Below, piece by piece: positions 48,472 to 52,510 of a stretch of DNA of 52,510 nt. Positions within the stretch are counted from its first letter, which is position 1, and each line of letters opens with the position of its first letter. The stretch covers positions 1 through 52,510 of the forward strand of contig JACPYG010000006.1 of the NCBI GenBank assembly GCA_016196125.1, read 5' to 3'. Under the pieces are notes generated by a model, which worked only from the letters and a program-made list of their open reading frames with translations, had not been told where the DNA came from and did not search any database. The position numbers and the translations under genes are program-made. The DNA is from Candidatus Staskawiczbacteria bacterium (GTDB taxonomy: Bacteria; Patescibacteriota; Minisyncoccia; Minisyncoccales; Staskawiczbacteraceae).

Positions 48472-49419
48472 ATGAAAAAAGTTTTAATTACGGGAGGGGC
48501 GGGGTTTGTAGGAGCTAATTTTGTTTATACATTTGTTGATTTAAAATATAATGTTCACATAATAGAAAAATCCGGAACTGATTTATGGAGAATAAATAAA
48601 ATAAAAAATAAAGTAAAAATCCATTATATTGATTTGAAAGAATATAAAAACGTTGAAGCCTGCGTCTTAAAAATTAAACCTCACATTATTTTGCATTTTG
48701 CTGCTTACGGAGCTTATCAGGGCAAACAACAAGATATAGAAAACACCATTACAACCAACCTGCTGGGAACCATAAATTTGGCTAATGCCTGCGCTAAAAC
48801 AAAATTTACATGCTTTATTAATACCGGCACAAGTTCAGAATACGGATTAAAAGACACTGTAATGAAAGAAACTGACATACTTGAGCCAAATAATCTTTAC
48901 GGCATTACCAAGTCAGCGGCAACTATGTACTGTTTTTATATGGCAAAATATAAAAATTTGCCCATTGCAACAGTAAGGCCGTTTTCGGCGTATGGCTATT
49001 TTGAAGAAAAAGGAAGATTAGTCCCGACCATTATAAAAGCTTGCCTAGAAAATTCGCCATTGAAATTATATTCCCCAAACTCTGTAAGGGATTTTATTTT
49101 TATAGAAGATTTAATAAACGCCTACATGCTCATAATAAAAAACATAAAAAAAATTAAGGGGGAAGTTTTTAATATCGGCAGCGGAAAGCAAAACACCGTT
49201 GAAGAAGTTTTTAAAATTACCAAAAAAATTACCGGTTCAAAAATACAACCAATATATGATCAAGTCAAACAAAACCAATACGAACCTAAAAAATGGGTGG
49301 CCGATATTTCCAAGGCAAAAAAAATGTTGCATTGGAAACCAAAACATGATTTAGGGCAGGGATTGCAAAAAAATACCGCGTGGTTTAAAAAAAATCTTTC
49401 TTTATATGGCTCATATTGA
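48472..49419 (+). CDS. NDP-sugar epimerase/reductase (SDR)
   Basis: TGGAGFVG, YGITK. Confidence 0.88.
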   Translation: MKKVLITGGAGFVGANFVYTFVDLKYNVHIIEKSGTDLWRINKIKNKVKIHYIDLKEYKNVEACVLKIKPHIILHFAAYGAYQGKQQDIENTITTNLLGTINLANACAKTKFTCFINTGTSSEYGLKDTVMKETDILEPNNLYGITKSAATMYCFYMAKYKNLPIATVRPFSAYGYFEEKGRLVPTIIKACLENSPLKLYSPNSVRDFIFIEDLINAYMLIIKNIKKIKGEVFNIGSGKQNTVEEVFKITKKITGSKIQPIYDQVKQNQYEPKKWVADISKAKKMLHWKPKHDLGQGLQKNTAWFKKNLSLYGSY

Positions 49420-50236
49420 ATACCAGAACATAGCGACTCAAATACGAAAAAAGATTTTAAACATGAAGCTAATGTCACAAAGTTCCCATATCGGGTCGGA
49501 TTTTTCTTGCGTTGATATTTTAACGGTTCTCTATTTTAAAATTTTAAAACTAAACATTAAAAACTCAAAAGAAGAAAACCGGGACCGTTTTATTTTGAGC
49601 AAAGGGCATGCTGCCAGTGCCCTGTATGCAACCTTAGCCCGACGAGGATTTTTTTCAGAAGACATATTAAAAACTTACTGCCAAAATGGAAGCGCATTGG
49701 CAGGGCACACCATAAAAGATTGTGTACCAGGCGTTGAGGTCTCCACCGGCTCTTTAGGCCATGGCCTGCCTATTGGAATCGGTATGGCTTTATCGGCAAA
49801 AAAGGATAAAAAAAATCGTCGGATTTTTGTGTTAATTTCAGATGGCGAGTGCGATGAAGGCTCAAATTGGGAAGCAGCGTTATTTGCAGGCCATCACAAA
49901 TTAGAAAACCTTGTTGCTATTATTGATTACAATAAAATTCAATCTTTCGGCATGACAAATAAAGTGTTAAATTTAGAACCATTAAAACAAAAATGGGAGT
50001 CTTTTGGCTGGCAAGTTAAAGAAGCAGACGGACATAATTTCAAAGAACTTGAAAAAACCCTGCTTGGCCTGCCTTTTAAAAAAAATTACCCGAGTATTAT
50101 TATCGCTCATACAAAAAAAGGCGCTGGTGTTTCTTTTATGGAAAATGAACTTTCATGGCACTACAAATCCCCTACCCAAGAACAATATGATATTGCAATT
50201 AAAGAATTAGACAATTATGCGAAAAGAATTTATTGA
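49406..50236 (+). CDS. Transketolase-like N-terminal subunit
   Basis: SKGH, TGSLGHG, DGECDEG..WE. Confidence 0.9.
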   Translation: MAHIEYQNIATQIRKKILNMKLMSQSSHIGSDFSCVDILTVLYFKILKLNIKNSKEENRDRFILSKGHAASALYATLARRGFFSEDILKTYCQNGSALAGHTIKDCVPGVEVSTGSLGHGLPIGIGMALSAKKDKKNRRIFVLISDGECDEGSNWEAALFAGHHKLENLVAIIDYNKIQSFGMTNKVLNLEPLKQKWESFGWQVKEADGHNFKELEKTLLGLPFKKNYPSIIIAHTKKGAGVSFMENELSWHYKSPTQEQYDIAIKELDNYAKRIY

Positions 50237-51140
50237 AACACTCATAACATTAGCAGAAAAAGATAAAAACATTTATCTTCTAAATGGAGATTTAGGTTTT
50301 TCTTTTTTGGAAGAATTCGAAAAAAGATTTCCCGAAAGATATGTAAATTGCGGCATAGCCGAACAAAATATGATGGGCGTGGCTGCGGGAATGGCCATGG
50401 AAGGCAAAAAAGTATATGTCTATTCTATTATTCCTTTCGCGGTTTTTCGCTGTTTCGAACAAATAAGAAATGACATTGCTTACCATAATTTAGATGTAAC
50501 AATAGTGGGGGCAGGGGTTGGTTTTGCCTATGGAACCCATGGAGCCACTCATTTTGCAGTTGAAGATATCGCGGTATTGCGAGTTCTGCCAAACCTGACT
50601 ATTATTTCGCCGGCCGACCCCATAGAAATGGCACAACTGACTTTACAGTCTGGCCAAACAAAAAACCCAACCTATATACGACTTGATAAAAATACTAAAA
50701 AATTACATCAACCCGATGATAAAATCGTTATGGGAAAACCCTCTATTTTAAAAAATGGCAAAGACGGAGTTATTATTACTATCGGCTCATACTTAGATAT
50801 TATGATTAATGTGCAAAAAAGGTTAGCGGAAAAAAATCATCATTTAAAGTTATTGCATTTGCACACCATAAAACCCATAGATGAAGAGGCGCTGCTTAAA
50901 GAGATTAATGGCCAAAAAATCGTGTTTACCGCAGAAGAACATAAATTAATTGGCGGAGTTGGCACTATTATCGGTGAAATTTTACTAAGAAATAATATTA
51001 ATAATATTACCCTAAAAAGCATCGGTGTATCAGAAGGATACCCCCCTGTTATCGGCCAACAAGATTATATGAGAAAATATTATAACATAGATGAAGACAG
51101 CGTATATAAAAAAATATTAACCGAGTTAGAAAAATTATGA
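50217..51140 (+). CDS. Transketolase-like C-terminal subunit
   Basis: GIAEQNM, G.TH...ED, EEH. Confidence 0.9.
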   Translation: MRKEFIETLITLAEKDKNIYLLNGDLGFSFLEEFEKRFPERYVNCGIAEQNMMGVAAGMAMEGKKVYVYSIIPFAVFRCFEQIRNDIAYHNLDVTIVGAGVGFAYGTHGATHFAVEDIAVLRVLPNLTIISPADPIEMAQLTLQSGQTKNPTYIRLDKNTKKLHQPDDKIVMGKPSILKNGKDGVIITIGSYLDIMINVQKRLAEKNHHLKLLHLHTIKPIDEEALLKEINGQKIVFTAEEHKLIGGVGTIIGEILLRNNINNITLKSIGVSEGYPPVIGQQDYMRKYYNIDEDSVYKKILTELEKL

Positions 51141-52363
51141 AAAAAAATCAAATGCAACCTATGCGCGTGCCGTATGCATTTTCAATGCACGGGAAAGAAG
51201 AAATAAATGCCGTAATAAGGGTACTTAAGGGAAATACCGCATTGGGAAACCACACTAAAGAATTTGAAGAAAAAATTTCTAAAATGTTTGGTAAAAAATA
51301 TGGCATTATGGTAAACTCCGGCTCATCTGCTAATTTATTGGCATTTGAATTATTGAATCTGCCCAAGGGAAGCGAGGTTATAACTCCATTATTAACCTTT
51401 GCGACAACTGTCGCTCCTATTTTACAAAAAGGATTGATGCCGGTATTTGTTGATGTAGACCCGGATACCTACTTGGCAAATATTGATCAGGTTAAAAAAG
51501 CCATCACTGAAAAAACCCGCGCGATTATGATTCCATCTTTACTGGGCAACATACCAAACCTTGAGCATTTGTCAAAAATTGCCAAAAAATATAAACTCTT
51601 TTTAATAGAAGACTCATGTGATACGCTGGGGGGCAGTTTTAAAAACCGTCCAAGCGGAGCATATAGCGATATTTCTACCACCAGCTTTTACGGATCCCAT
51701 ATTATCAATGGAGCAGGCGGCGGCGGCATGATTTGCGTAAACAATAAAGCATGGGCAGAGCGCCTAATGGTACTGCGAGGTTGGGGCAGAAGATCGTCGT
51801 TATTCGGAGAAAAAGCAAACAGCGAACAGCTGAAAAACCGCTTCCGCAATCAATTAGCAGGTGTTCCTTATGATGAAAAATTTACGTTCAGTGAAGTTGG
51901 CTATAATTTCCTGCCTCTTGAACTATCGGCCGCTTTTGCTCTTAAACAACTAAAAAGATTTCCTCTGTTTAAAAAAATGCGCCAAAAAAACTTTACCAGA
52001 CTGCATAAATTTTTTTCTAAATACCGATCATATTTTATTCTGCCCCGTCAAACACCCCATACTAAAACCGCCTGGCTGGCTTTTCCGGTTATTATCAAAA
52101 AAGGCTCGCCGTTTGACCGATTTACTATTGTAAGGTATCTTGAGAATCATAATATACAAACAAGGCCGGTATTTACCGGAGATATCACGTTGCAACCCGG
52201 TTTTAAAAACATTAATTATCATAAACCCTTTAAAGAATACCCCCATACCAAACATATTATGAGGAGCGCTTTTGTGGTGGGGTGCCACCAGGGCCTTACC
52301 CTTGCACAATTGTCGTACTTGGAAGAAACCATAGAAAACTTTCTTTATCTGTATGCGAAGTAA
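51137..52363 (+). CDS. NDP-4-keto-6-deoxyhexose 3-dehydratase-like (RfbH/DdhC/ColD family)
   Basis: NSGSSANL, EDSCD, SFYGSH with His at the PLP-Lys position. Confidence 0.75.
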   Translation: MKKNQMQPMRVPYAFSMHGKEEINAVIRVLKGNTALGNHTKEFEEKISKMFGKKYGIMVNSGSSANLLAFELLNLPKGSEVITPLLTFATTVAPILQKGLMPVFVDVDPDTYLANIDQVKKAITEKTRAIMIPSLLGNIPNLEHLSKIAKKYKLFLIEDSCDTLGGSFKNRPSGAYSDISTTSFYGSHIINGAGGGGMICVNNKAWAERLMVLRGWGRRSSLFGEKANSEQLKNRFRNQLAGVPYDEKFTFSEVGYNFLPLELSAAFALKQLKRFPLFKKMRQKNFTRLHKFFSKYRSYFILPRQTPHTKTAWLAFPVIIKKGSPFDRFTIVRYLENHNIQTRPVFTGDITLQPGFKNINYHKPFKEYPHTKHIMRSAFVVGCHQGLTLAQLSYLEETIENFLYLYAK

Positions 52364-52372
52364 CATTTTAAG

Positions 52373-52510
52373 ATGTATATTGGATTTTACAATTATCACA
52401 AAACACAAAATAATAACAAAATGTTCACCGATTCGAGCTCTCTTATCGGTGACGACTTGAATTATTCATTTGTTTTATTGGCCGGGCGGCTTAAAAAAAT
52501 GGGCCACCAA
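52373..52510 (+). CDS. Partial CDS, possibly a GT10-like glycosyltransferase N-terminus
   Basis: MYIGFYNYHKTQNNNKMFTDSSSLIGDDLNYSFVLLAGRLKKMGHQ, open to the edge; family is a weak recollection. Confidence 0.5.
   Translation, partial: MYIGFYNYHKTQNNNKMFTDSSSLIGDDLNYSFVLLAGRLKKMGHQ

Overview
AT-rich bacterial chromosome segment (genetic code 11), almost entirely on the minus strand. The gene set and order point to a Patescibacteria/CPR (Parcubacteria-like) genome; this assignment is an inference. (1) 1-11850 is an accessory zone downstream of a tRNA cluster. It holds a >1790-aa secreted SpvB/FG-GAP/RHS-YD protein that is missing from the ORF track because it runs off the left edge, two unannotated 28-aa microproteins, a saccharopine-dehydrogenase-family gene, a MASE1 two-component pair and repeated att-like scars. 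(2) 11853-12572 has tRNA-Asp and two CAT tRNAs, with a four-helix-bundle gene between the CAT tRNAs bounded by inverted heptad repeats. (3) 12.6-39.7 kb is core: PIF1-like helicase, lepA, murJ, rnpB, RNase H, recJ-like, pgk, a VirD4/HerA-like ATPase, secF, secD, secA, hpf and murB, interspersed with orphan promoter-boxA-SD-gene-terminator units. (4) 39.7-52.5 kb holds two divergent surface-glycan clusters. The most striking signal is several families of short palindromic elements inserted in frame in proteins, including SecA, and twice in the RNase P RNA.
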